From: a virus | Virus record (IMG/VR): IMGVR_UViG_3300013233_000167 | Span: 10,461-74,460 of that record | Direction: 5' to 3' (one strand) | DNA: 64,000 nucleotides | In this document: in pieces, positions 9,581-18,818 of the stretch | Position numbering within the stretch: position 1 is the stretch's first letter | Layout of the letters: each line of letters begins with the position of its first letter | Made by a program: the position numbers and the translations under genes | The notes under the pieces: generated by a model | Database searches by the model: none | Seen by the model: the letters and a program-made list of their open reading frames with translations, nothing else | What the model was told of the DNA's origin: nothing

Positions 9581-10023
9581 TCCACGTCGCCGAGCTGGCG
9601 GGCGGCTGCCTCCCGGATCTGCCTCGTGGTCGTACGCACGAGTGACTTGCCGTTGGGGTTCGACTTGTTCCTCCGTGCCGTCTGCAAGCTCCGCTTCCCC
9701 TTCGTATTGCACGGGGCCATGATCTTCACTTGATGGCGGAAGCCACGCGACGGCACGAACACAGGGATGCTGTACGGGAAGCCATCGTTGTAGCGGTTGC
9801 ACTTCTCCGCGCGCTGCTCCAGCCACGGTCCAATCTTCCCGAGACCTGGGATCAGGACCGGCTTCCCGACGCACACCTCGTCGGCGACGTTCTCGATCCA
9901 ATACGTCAGGAACTTGAGTCCCTGTTCGCTAGAGATGCACGCCGAGCCCGCCGCGTCGTCAATCGTGCGGACCAGCGTTTCACGTTCCTCGCCGCGTTTC
10001 AAGTAAGGTAAGCTAACTTTCAT
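9577..10023 (-). CDS. HU/IHF-like DNA-binding protein
   Basis: GKPVLIPGLGKI...PVFVPSRGFR resembles the HU core and arm. Confidence 0.6.
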   Translation of the reverse strand: MKVSLPYLKRGEERETLVRTIDDAAGSACISSEQGLKFLTYWIENVADEVCVGKPVLIPGLGKIGPWLEQRAEKCNRYNDGFPYSIPVFVPSRGFRHQVKIMAPCNTKGKRSLQTARRNKSNPNGKSLVRTTTRQIREAAARQLGDVE

Positions 10024-12104
10024 CTGCGTCCGGGCAGTTCTCCAGTGGTCCGAGCCTCGTAGGGTTTGCTGCTCTCAACAGCCGCTCCCGCGAGTGCAGC
10101 TCCCGCGCTCTTCTGCTCGGTCACCTTACCTGCCCGCTCCTTGTTGATTTTTTTTCGTTCGTCGAGGATCTTCTGCGCGCGGTTGCGCGCGTCGATGAAC
10201 GCCTCGGCGATCTGTTCGTCCGTGGGCTCGTCCTGACCCTCATTGAGTTCAATCGTGATCGTGAGCGCCTCCTGTGAGGCATCGCGCAGGACCGTCACAT
10301 CCTCCCACAGCGCCTTGATTTCAGGATCTTCATCGAAGTCGTCCTCGAAGAGCTGCGTCGCACTACCCACGACCTCAACCGGCAAGAGCGACGGGTCGAT
10401 CTGCTGACGCGCACGTTCCGCTGCCTCGTCGGCCGCTAGGTCAGAGAAGTTGCGGACGTGCCCCTGCAAGCGCGGCGACGCCTCCAGGCATTGCTTCACC
10501 CACGACAGTTGCTCCTCTTCCGTGAGCAGCGTCTTGTACAGCTCTGCCGACTTGTGCTCATCGTCGAGCACCTGAGCCCGCTGCGTAGGCGTCATGGCCG
10601 CGAGACCCGCCTTGGTCTTGTCGTCCTTGGCCTCGATGGGCTTCTCTGAGGTCTGCTGCACGAGACGCAACACCATCTCCTCGGGGAGCTTGGCAAAGTT
10701 GATGAGGATATAGATGGCCCACATACGCGCATCGAGCTGCAAGTCGTTCTTGAGACCGCTCATCGTCTGCACGATCTCATAGCGCATACGCACCAACTCC
10801 AGACGCTCGAACTCGTCGAGGTAAGAAATGGGCGACATCTGAACGAGATACTCGTTGTCGCGCTTCGTCGGATCGTAGCGGTCCTTGTTCTCCGGCGACG
10901 CGAGCAACGTAAAGTGCACGTCGAGCAGTTGGCGCGCTCCGTACACAATCGCACGCTGGATGCGCTTGGCCGAGCGCGCGAAGCGAATGTCCTGTTGTTG
11001 GAGCGTCGCCTTCGCGTCGATCTCGCCCTCGAATCCGAAGTACGCCTTCGGAGCGGACGCGGCACCGAAGAAGGCGTCGCGGAAGTGTTCGAGGTCGTAG
11101 ATGTCGCCGACGTTGCCGCCGCCTTGCAGGGTCTCGATGCGCGTGCTTGAGTCGGCGCGGATCGGGTAGAAGATGTCCTCCAGCGGAGTCAGCGGGTTCC
11201 ACTGCTTCTTGTACGTCGCGCTCGCGGGGTCGATCAGCTCCGTCTTCTTGAGACGCTTGCGCCACTGGTTGACGTACCGCATGGCCTCGTGATCTTCGAG
11301 GCTCCCTACGTCCACGAGGATCACGTTGCGATCCGGGATGCGGCGCAAGCGGTACATGAGGAGCGAGTCCTCAATAAGCGTCATGGTCCGCCACTCACGA
11401 AAGAACTGCTCGCACAGCCCCGTGCCGTAGCCATCCTCCTCGTTCTTTCCGAGCAAGCGAAAATGAATGTAGTCCCACGGGAAGCTCGTGTCCGCGCCGT
11501 CCGGGTGAAGAGCCTTGCGGAACTTCGCACCCTGCTCCTTGAAGCCGACGAGGCGGCCGTACTTGTCCTCCACGCGGGTCATGTTGTGCTGACTCGCGTA
11601 GCGCCAGCCAAGCACGCCCTTCTCGGAAGCGTAGAGCAGTCGCTGGAACGAGTCGCCGTACTTACACATGCGGCGCGTGACGGCAAAGATCGTGTCCTCG
11701 ATCTTGCAGTTCTGGAGGCAGGCGTTCCCGGCCTCGATCATGTGCCGAGCCTTCGACTCGATCCAGACCCGCACTCCCCTGTCGTAGTCTGGCTGCGTGG
11801 ACTCCTCGCTGTAGACGGACAGCACGGCGGCCACGAGACCGAAGGCGTCCATCTCGTCGAAGATGTCGTACCTGCGTCGGCGATCCGAAGCCAAGCTGGA
11901 AAGCCGGTCAAGCTCCCGGAACGACGCGAATTCGTCCCCGCGCTCGTCGAACCCGAAGTCGTAGCTGACCGGCCGTGTCTGTCGTCCGAAAAGTCCGTAG
12001 AGCTTCCAGAAAGCAGGGAGACGGTGGGGCTGGGTCGGGCGCTGAGTCCTCCGGGGGGTGCCCCCCGGCTGCGTCCTTACGTTTCTGGTTTCGTTCTCCG
12101 GCAC
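10020..12104 (-). CDS. portal protein (T4 gp20-like)
   Basis: IHFRL...YG...LIEDSLLMYRLRRIPDRNVILVDVG, DIFYP, IETLQGG and QQDIRFAR motifs; adjacent to terminase. Confidence 0.9.
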   Translation of the reverse strand: MPENETRNVRTQPGGTPRRTQRPTQPHRLPAFWKLYGLFGRQTRPVSYDFGFDERGDEFASFRELDRLSSLASDRRRRYDIFDEMDAFGLVAAVLSVYSEESTQPDYDRGVRVWIESKARHMIEAGNACLQNCKIEDTIFAVTRRMCKYGDSFQRLLYASEKGVLGWRYASQHNMTRVEDKYGRLVGFKEQGAKFRKALHPDGADTSFPWDYIHFRLLGKNEEDGYGTGLCEQFFREWRTMTLIEDSLLMYRLRRIPDRNVILVDVGSLEDHEAMRYVNQWRKRLKKTELIDPASATYKKQWNPLTPLEDIFYPIRADSSTRIETLQGGGNVGDIYDLEHFRDAFFGAASAPKAYFGFEGEIDAKATLQQQDIRFARSAKRIQRAIVYGARQLLDVHFTLLASPENKDRYDPTKRDNEYLVQMSPISYLDEFERLELVRMRYEIVQTMSGLKNDLQLDARMWAIYILINFAKLPEEMVLRLVQQTSEKPIEAKDDKTKAGLAAMTPTQRAQVLDDEHKSAELYKTLLTEEEQLSWVKQCLEASPRLQGHVRNFSDLAADEAAERARQQIDPSLLPVEVVGSATQLFEDDFDEDPEIKALWEDVTVLRDASQEALTITIELNEGQDEPTDEQIAEAFIDARNRAQKILDERKKINKERAGKVTEQKSAGAALAGAAVESSKPYEARTTGELPGRR

Positions 12105-12136
12105 TATTCGTCCTCCGTTATGCGGTGGCGGGCAGT

Positions 12137-15100
12137 CTACACGTTGGACCGTAGGTCATCCCAGGTCTTCCTAGCCGCACCGATGGGCTCCCGATCCGTG
12201 TCGGGAGGCCGGGTGTCATTGGCGGCGCGCGCCGTCTGTCCGACCCGCGTGCGGGGCTCGAACTCCAGATCCGCCACCGACTCGTGCATGGCGCGCTCAT
12301 CGTTCAGGCAGAGCCACACGACGCCCGCCACCGCGTCACTCACGTCCTTAGAATTGTGAACGAACACCCCTGCGGTGAGCGCGAAGTTCTCGGTTCCCGG
12401 GACCGAGAGGTCATACACGTCTCTCAGGGATCCTTGACGAACCTCCACTACGCGATGGTTGCGCCGACGAAGCGCCGCCAACCGGCGTTCGACGAGACTC
12501 ACGCTGCACTGAAACCTGGCAGCGGCCTCTCGTTGCGTGCAGCCCGTCTCAGCAATATGTGCGACGATATCTTCGGCCACCACGTCGCCTCGACGCCGAG
12601 CCGCGATCGCAAACGCGACGGTCCGTTTGCCAATCTCCGACGCCACTCTTCGATGCTTGGCCGATTTGTTGTACTTCGTGATATTAGCGGTTCCGGTGCG
12701 CCGACCCAAAACCGTCGCACGCGCGTCCCTCGCCGAAGCAAACTCAGGGTCGAGATTCAGCTCCGTCATGTTCTTCCGCGAAAAGGCGCGGCCTTCGGGC
12801 GACCGCGCATAAGCAACGGCGCGCTCCCTACGCTTTGCCTCGAACACCGGATCCGCTCTCCGTGCGCACAGCTCCAGCGCGTGCATCCGCGAATGCTCTT
12901 CCGCAGGCATCAAGCACAGCGCACGAGGATCATTGTTCGGCTTCCCCTTCTCGTGGTGCATCACGCCATCTCCGAACTGATTGCCCGTATATCGACCCGG
13001 GTACTTCCACCTACCGACCATCCGATGCGTGAAGTGCCACTTCTCCGAAGCAGGACACCAATACAATTCATACCCACGCATCCCATCACGATTCGACACC
13101 TTGCGATACAAAGGCATCAACGAATCTTCGGGTCGCAAGTCACCAGCTTCCCTATACGTTCCGTCCCGCAGCATCCAGCGGTGATCGGGTGTGCAGCACA
13201 CTTCCTGTCCGTTGTCGAGAACCACGGTCACGGTCCGAGCACGACGACACGTCAAACGCGGACGCACGGCACGACCCGCCGAGACCTTCCCTTTCGCCAT
13301 CGTGTACACGTAGATATCCTCGTGCGCGTAATCGCGCGCGAGTTCCCGAAGCGTAACTTCGCATCCGTTCAACAACGACACCTTCGTATCACCGTCAAAA
13401 CAGCCCTTTCCTCCCTGCGTGGACTTCTGCGGGTGGTCCACCTTGTTCTTGCCCTTGAGATTGATAATGCGCTTCAAATCCAGCACTTCGTCGATGTAGG
13501 GCTTGTACTCGTACATTGAGATCCGGCGATCGAAGTGCGCGCTCCGAAGCGACAGGTAGGCGTCCTCCTTGCGGTCAACGGACTGGTGCCCCGCGTCTAT
13601 GTGGTGCTTCTTGAGGATCTGAATCGAGTCGCTCGACTGAAACTGGTCGTACGTGACCTTGGCGATCGAGAAGATGCGGTTGAGAAACAAGATGAATGCC
13701 CGCACCTTCGAGAGATCGACCTCGCCTCCGTTGGGAGCCCTGACCCGCAGCATGAGGTCGATGATGATAAATGGGTTCGAGACGGTCGAGACCAACCCCT
13801 CGGCGTCGATCCTCTCCACCTTCACCGATCCGGCGACGTGCCCCATAGCGATCCCGAGCGCGTCGTCCGTGAGCCCGATATCAACATGAATGAAACGCGG
13901 GCACTTCGGATTCAGGCGCGGGACGTGCTTCGACCCCACCACGCGCACGACGCGCTTGGCGATGAAGCTCTCTTCGATCAGCGAGTCGTCGTCGATGTCG
14001 CAGATGATCTCGGTACGCGAGAACGGATGCCGCATATTCTCCGACACAGCCTCGTGTACTGACGCTCGGTCTCGAATCAGCGGCGAGACGTTGAACGTGG
14101 CGACGCCCGCCATGTCGCGCAGAGCTTGGTCCAGGTCTTCGTCGAACGACTTCCGCAGCTCCAACGGCACGTCGATGACTCGTGCGCCCTTACGAGGCTC
14201 CTCGCCGGGTTCCAGAATCCGCGACGAGGATCGACGATCACCAACCTCGACGTTGAAGCCCGGAAACGTATAGCGGCTCTTCGGCTTACATTCCCACAGC
14301 GCGTAGTCCGAGACGAACGTATGCTGCGCGTGGTCACCGCCCATCACCGTCCGCAAGTGCTCTTCCAGGAACGAAGTCTGCGCGTTGCGCGAGCTGATGA
14401 GAAACAGCATCCCGGGAAGCACCCCGCCGGGTCGGCCAAAGCGCGACTGGAGGCGTGTGTACGTCGCGTTGTAGAGATCGTACGCCTGCCCGATCGTCTT
14501 GCCCGTCTCCTTGTCCTCCTTCTCCATCATAAAGTTCGCCTCGTCCATGAGGAAGGCGAACAGGTCGAGACCGAGAGCGTGTCCCGCGCGAGAACCAGCC
14601 ATGACCTGAATCTTCTTGCGAGCAACCGGCTCGAAGTCGATCGGCGCATCTTTCCTCGGATCGCGCGGACAGTGTTCGGAGAAGTAATCGCTGTTGTCGA
14701 TGTAGCCACGCAGTTTGTAGAAGCCAGCGCCCGTCGCTTGCGTGAGCGTCTTCGAGTAGACACCGAACACGATCTTCTCGTCGGGCAGCAACCCGTAGTA
14801 CCTAGAAGCGTCGCGCAAGCACGACAGCACGCAGAGCTTGTAGCCCATCGCCACGTCCGACACCGTGGTCTTGCCAGTTCCGATTGCACCTGTGAGCACC
14901 CACTCGAAGACGGGCGATCCAGGACGGAAGACCTCGTACAGATCTTCCTTCCAACGTGGGTGCAGGAACGACGCGGCACGGCCGAAGTAGTAATCGTCCT
15001 CGATGAACTCCTCGATCGTTGGTGGCTGTCGCAGGTAGTCCACCTCCCACAACAGGCTGTGCAACGACGTGTCCGCCTGACCGTCCACAATCGCTTCCGC

Positions 15101-15286
15101 GAGCCACTCCACTACGAGCGCGCGTTCAGGTTTGGACAGCCCGTTGAACAGATCGCGGTCTCCGTACAACGTCTCCTCGGCAACGCGGTTGAAAAGCTGT
15201 ACGTGCTCGTCGCGCAGCACGCGGGTCGCTTGAATAGAGCCCTTTCCTGCGCGGATGACCTTCGGCTTGGGTCTACGATGCACCAC
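12137..15286 (-). CDS. terL: terminase large subunit (intein-containing)
   Basis: Walker A GAIGTGKT, Walker B FLMDE; nuclease motifs IHVDIG, YDQFQS, DHP...SKDVSDA. Confidence 0.9.
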   Translation of the reverse strand: MVHRRPKPKVIRAGKGSIQATRVLRDEHVQLFNRVAEETLYGDRDLFNGLSKPERALVVEWLAEAIVDGQADTSLHSLLWEVDYLRQPPTIEEFIEDDYYFGRAASFLHPRWKEDLYEVFRPGSPVFEWVLTGAIGTGKTTVSDVAMGYKLCVLSCLRDASRYYGLLPDEKIVFGVYSKTLTQATGAGFYKLRGYIDNSDYFSEHCPRDPRKDAPIDFEPVARKKIQVMAGSRAGHALGLDLFAFLMDEANFMMEKEDKETGKTIGQAYDLYNATYTRLQSRFGRPGGVLPGMLFLISSRNAQTSFLEEHLRTVMGGDHAQHTFVSDYALWECKPKSRYTFPGFNVEVGDRRSSSRILEPGEEPRKGARVIDVPLELRKSFDEDLDQALRDMAGVATFNVSPLIRDRASVHEAVSENMRHPFSRTEIICDIDDDSLIEESFIAKRVVRVVGSKHVPRLNPKCPRFIHVDIGLTDDALGIAMGHVAGSVKVERIDAEGLVSTVSNPFIIIDLMLRVRAPNGGEVDLSKVRAFILFLNRIFSIAKVTYDQFQSSDSIQILKKHHIDAGHQSVDRKEDAYLSLRSAHFDRRISMYEYKPYIDEVLDLKRIINLKGKNKVDHPQKSTQGGKGCFDGDTKVSLLNGCEVTLRELARDYAHEDIYVYTMAKGKVSAGRAVRPRLTCRRARTVTVVLDNGQEVCCTPDHRWMLRDGTYREAGDLRPEDSLMPLYRKVSNRDGMRGYELYWCPASEKWHFTHRMVGRWKYPGRYTGNQFGDGVMHHEKGKPNNDPRALCLMPAEEHSRMHALELCARRADPVFEAKRRERAVAYARSPEGRAFSRKNMTELNLDPEFASARDARATVLGRRTGTANITKYNKSAKHRRVASEIGKRTVAFAIAARRRGDVVAEDIVAHIAETGCTQREAAARFQCSVSLVERRLAALRRRNHRVVEVRQGSLRDVYDLSVPGTENFALTAGVFVHNSKDVSDAVAGVVWLCLNDERAMHESVADLEFEPRTRVGQTARAANDTRPPDTDREPIGAARKTWDDLRSNV
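12353..13402 (-). mobile_element. intein with HNH-type homing endonuclease in terminase
   Basis: GGKG|CFDGDTKV...CTPDHRW...FALTAGVFVHN|SKD; internal HRMV...HHEKGKPNNDP; 350 aa. Confidence 0.92.
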
Positions 15287-16079
15287 GGTCCGACCTCTTT
15301 CGGGCAGGCTTGCGGCTCACACCCTTCTTCTTGGTCTTCTTCTTGGTCTTCTTCTTGGTCTTCTTCTTGGTCTTCTTCTTGGTCTTCTTCTTGGTCTTCT
15401 TCTTGGTCTTCTTCTTGGTCTTCTTCTTGGTCTTCCGCTTCGCCTTCTTCTTGAACCCTCCGCCGTTCGCCAACGTCTCGCGGAACTGTGCGCGGAACTC
15501 CTCGCGCGCAGCAGGCAAGCGGGGGGCGAGCTTGGAGATCGCGGTGCGGATACGCTCACGCGCCAAGATCTGCTCGGCCTCCGTCTGTCCGAGTTCCTCG
15601 TAGTCCACAGAACGCGCGGATTCCTCATCCCGAAAGAGCGTTTCGAGCTGGTTATCCATGCCTCGATGAGACGCAATCCGAAAGTCGTTTAGGCCCACGC
15701 CGGACATCACCGTCTTGGCAGCATCTACTTGCACCTTCGTCGGTTCCGGCTGCTTCACCATGAAGTTGCCGCGACTGTCGCGCTGTGCGTTGCCCGCCTT
15801 GTCGCGGTGGTATTCCGGTCCTGCGAGCGCGAGCGTCAACACCGCAGTCGCGGGGTCAATGAGCCGGTGAAGACTTCGGCGGATGAAGAACTTAGCGCGT
15901 ACCTTGAGCGCATCGTGATGATCGAACTCATCCTTGAGCAGACGCAGCTCGACTTGAATGTCTTCGCGCTCGAAGAACGTACCGACAGCCTCCAGGGGGA
16001 TTCCGGCCTCCAACAACGCCGCCGGACCCTCGAAGAAGGCTAGGTTGACGAGCGAGAGTTCATCTTCCGTCAGCGCCAC
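15273..16079 (-). CDS. hypothetical protein, candidate terminase small subunit, with (KKKT)n tail
   Basis: Directly upstream of and overlapping terL; function inferred from position only. Confidence 0.55.
   Translation of the reverse strand: MALTEDELSLVNLAFFEGPAALLEAGIPLEAVGTFFEREDIQVELRLLKDEFDHHDALKVRAKFFIRRSLHRLIDPATAVLTLALAGPEYHRDKAGNAQRDSRGNFMVKQPEPTKVQVDAAKTVMSGVGLNDFRIASHRGMDNQLETLFRDEESARSVDYEELGQTEAEQILARERIRTAISKLAPRLPAAREEFRAQFRETLANGGGFKKKAKRKTKKKTKKKTKKKTKKKTKKKTKKKTKKKTKKKTKKKGVSRKPARKRSDRGAS
15325..15432. repeat. 12-bp tandem repeat x9 (TTCTTCTTGGTC) encoding KKKT
   Basis: Nine perfect copies read directly. Confidence 0.95.
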
Positions 16080-16082
16080 GAC

Positions 16083-16568
16083 TTAGCTTTGCCCGGGACC
16101 CTTGAACTCGTTGCCGTCGCTCGTGGCGGCGTTGCCGTCGGGGAACAGCGGTTGCTGACCCGGAAGGTCTTCCTTGACGGGCGCTCCGTCGGCATCCGTA
16201 GTCAGAGGAGCCCGCGCAGCATCGCGCTCCGCCACGGCTGCCACGAGTCGCATATTGAGATTCTCACACGACGCCTCCAGATCGTTGATCCGCTGGAGCA
16301 TATCAGCCTTCTCTTGTGCGTGCTCACCGATTGCCTCGCGGCGACCTTCTTCCTTGGCGTGCTCCAACATCGCGGGAACGGTGTCGCCCTCGGGAGCGGC
16401 TTCCTGCGGGGCCTCGTCGTGCGTCTGCATAAGACGCTCGACCAGTAACGCGACGTTGGCGCAGACCTTCGGATCCACCTCCATCGTCGGGAACTCGTTG
16501 CCGATGGCTTGGCGCGCAAGCACCCCCATGTTCGCGGCGTCTTGGATGAGCTGAGTGTCGTTTGGCAT
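16083..16568 (-). CDS. hypothetical coiled-coil protein
   Basis: SD AGGAG; heptad-like middle segment. Confidence 0.7.
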   Translation of the reverse strand: MPNDTQLIQDAANMGVLARQAIGNEFPTMEVDPKVCANVALLVERLMQTHDEAPQEAAPEGDTVPAMLEHAKEEGRREAIGEHAQEKADMLQRINDLEASCENLNMRLVAAVAERDAARAPLTTDADGAPVKEDLPGQQPLFPDGNAATSDGNEFKGPGQS

Positions 16569-16578
16569 AGCATTGCTC

Positions 16579-16965
16579 CTAGTAGTCTTTCTCCCACAGA
16601 TTATGAGAGGTTTGAAAACGGACAGCGAAGTCTGTACGCGCCGGGTGCATCTCGCCCGTCGTTGGGCTGCGATACTCCCGAGGGTTCCGCTCGTAAGTGG
16701 TGAGGGTGCCGACGTTGCAGAAGACGACCGAGCCCCCCGGTGATCCGAGGGCGAGGCGCATCCGAGCGAGCAAAAAGTCCCAGATCGCCTCCGTCTCCGC
16801 GTACGTCAGTCCGAACTCCTCCGCGATTGCCCGCGTGATGGGCGTCTTGGAGATTTTCGCAGCATCGTCTGCACTAGGTCGTCGAGCAAGAGCATTCCTA
16901 ACACCTCGCCGCTTGGGCGAGTCATCGTCAGGATTGGTCCCTTTTGTGGTTTTGGTTGAAGCCAT
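16579..16965 (-). CDS. HU-like DNA-binding protein
   Basis: RAIAEEFGLT..E...GSVVFCNVGTL....R.PREYRSPTTGE...VRFQTS is an HU signature; start uncertain because it overlaps the resolvase 3' end. Confidence 0.7.
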   Translation of the reverse strand: MASTKTTKGTNPDDDSPKRRGVRNALARRPSADDAAKISKTPITRAIAEEFGLTYAETEAIWDFLLARMRLALGSPGGSVVFCNVGTLTTYERNPREYRSPTTGEMHPARTDFAVRFQTSHNLWEKDY

Positions 16966-18473
16966 TCGAGAGTCTTGGCGCGTATCAGCACGTACGTTTT
17001 CCGTCGGTTGCGTGAGAAAATCAAGAGTGGGTGGGCATTTTCCCAGGTCTCGGCCTGCGCGACGCACTGATCCCACCACGCCCACAGCGGGTACTTCGGC
17101 TGCTCGAACATGCGCTCCATCTCGCGACAGCCCTTGTCGCCCTCGATCTTCTTGCAGTTGTGGACAACGATCCCGCCCTCGATCACGTAGGTCTCGTCCT
17201 CTTCCACACTCAGATTCCAAACCTCTCTCCTCCCTTCCGTCAGAGACCACGGACTACGCAGGCGCGTGAAAATTCGACTGCGGCGCAGATCATACACAGG
17301 CTCAGTGCGCTCGTCAGACAAACACGACGCAGCTCGATGGTCAGCGAACCCTCCGTTACCCCACACCGCTGAACGGAAGCGATCCAAACTGCTACGTGCG
17401 ACCTGTACCGAATACAACGGACGCGGCCTCTTCCGCTCACCACTCGCAATCAGCGACACACCAACCCTAGAGAATACGCCAAGCCGTAGCAACGCAAACT
17501 GTACTTCCAACGCTAAGCGACGGCTCACAGTCTCACTGCGCGCAAACCCCGGCCCACGGCAACCATTGCCCTCGAAGTATCCGCGAAGCAACGCTGCGAC
17601 CAAAGACTTCGACCGCCACACATGTAGGCCCAGCCGCTTCTGTGCACTCCCCGAACCCATCCACGATTTGAAACAGTGAGCCAGCGCCGTCGAGGAGACG
17701 CTCACTGTCACTGCTTTCGTCTCCTCGTATGCGTAAACGACCGACGCCTCTCCGAACACCTGCTCCAGCATCCTCCTAACGAACTCGATGTACTCCGTCT
17801 CCGCCTCGTGAAACGTCCACGTCACACTACCCACCTCGGCCCGGCCCTCCGCCGCATACAGACCCAACAGGCGCATGAGGTCTTCGTCAACACGAACGCG
17901 CGAAACTGCAACGGGCCGGGCCTTCGGCCCGCGACTCTTCGCAGGATACGTCGGCACACGTAGCCACTTTGCCTGACTGTCGGCTCTATTCGATAGCAAG
18001 CTCATGTGCGATAGCGAACGCGCTTCCCTCGCAGGCCGCCACCCACCATCGAAGTCTTCCACAGGATGCGAAGCGGTGACAACGATCGGCTCCGTCATCG
18101 CCTCACACAGCAGCTCACCCGACGTAGAAGTCTTCTTGCTGAAAACATCGGTAACTTTCCTAAACCGCCCGCGATGTGTCAGAACACGATCCCCCACCGA
18201 CAACGACTCGATAGGTCGGAACCCCTCACGAGTCATTACCAACGTACCGCGACCGAAACACTCGACCGCGAACGGCCAATCGCCCGAGTGGCGCGGATTC
18301 ACGTCGAGGTCACCCTTCCGGTCCCACCCCTCCATCGGTGCAACGATGGTGCTCTTCGGACGCATCGGCAGCGTCGTGTAATGCGCGTCGAGCGGCGTAG
18401 CGAACCACCAATGCGAGAGCACTCGGCAGCACTCCAGCATGAACCTCTGACCTTTGCCGCGCCCCTCAGCCAC
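16806..18473 (-). CDS. Holliday junction resolvase-like PD-(D/E)xK nuclease (intein-containing)
   Basis: GRGKGQRF..E, KGDL, FAVE|CKK (after splicing), WWDQC..QA and PLLIFSRNR motifs. Confidence 0.8.
   Translation of the reverse strand: MAEGRGKGQRFMLECCRVLSHWWFATPLDAHYTTLPMRPKSTIVAPMEGWDRKGDLDVNPRHSGDWPFAVECFGRGTLVMTREGFRPIESLSVGDRVLTHRGRFRKVTDVFSKKTSTSGELLCEAMTEPIVVTASHPVEDFDGGWRPAREARSLSHMSLLSNRADSQAKWLRVPTYPAKSRGPKARPVAVSRVRVDEDLMRLLGLYAAEGRAEVGSVTWTFHEAETEYIEFVRRMLEQVFGEASVVYAYEETKAVTVSVSSTALAHCFKSWMGSGSAQKRLGLHVWRSKSLVAALLRGYFEGNGCRGPGFARSETVSRRLALEVQFALLRLGVFSRVGVSLIASGERKRPRPLYSVQVARSSLDRFRSAVWGNGGFADHRAASCLSDERTEPVYDLRRSRIFTRLRSPWSLTEGRREVWNLSVEEDETYVIEGGIVVHNCKKIEGDKGCREMERMFEQPKYPLWAWWDQCVAQAETWENAHPLLIFSRNRRKTYVLIRAKTLEWLQPKPQKGPILTMTRPSGEVLGMLLLDDLVQTMLRKSPRRPSRGQSRRSSD
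17157..18260 (-). mobile_element. intein with LAGLIDADG homing endonuclease in the resolvase
   Basis: AVE|CFGRGTLV...VTASHP...LLGLYAAEG...LLRGYFEGNG...GIVVHN|CKK; 368 aa. Confidence 0.92.
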
Positions 18474-18581
18474 CGGAAGCCTCCGTCTTGAGGCCCATCG
18501 GCACGATCGCGCGCGGGTCCAACGTCAGCTTGGAGAGCGCCAGCATGATCGCCTGGCGGTCGGCCGCTTCAATCTCGTGCT

Positions 18582-18818
18582 TCATTCCGCCTCCGTCACT
18601 TCGAGCCAAGCCCCGTCAGGGTCGTTGTTGGACGAGATCCGAAACGAGCGACCGTCGCGGAGCGTCACAGTCAACGCCTCCGACTTGCGCCCCGACATGA
18701 ACGTCGCCTTCCCAATCTCAGGCGCGACGACCAAATTCAACGCCTGCACCAATTTCAACGCCCGTGCGCGCTGACCGTCGCTCGGGGTGTCACCTACAAA
18801 CTCCACGGTCACGCTCAT
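18582..18818 (-). CDS. small hypothetical protein
   Basis: Coupled start/stop overlaps; SD GGAGG. Confidence 0.6.
   Translation of the reverse strand: MSVTVEFVGDTPSDGQRARALKLVQALNLVVAPEIGKATFMSGRKSEALTVTLRDGRSFRISSNNDPDGAWLEVTEAE

Noticed and set aside
10148-10155. A8 run (A AAA AAA) near the portal 3' end and similar runs at about 9441 and 30923 as frameshift sites
   Set aside because: No clear stimulatory hairpin and no meaningful -1 product identified.
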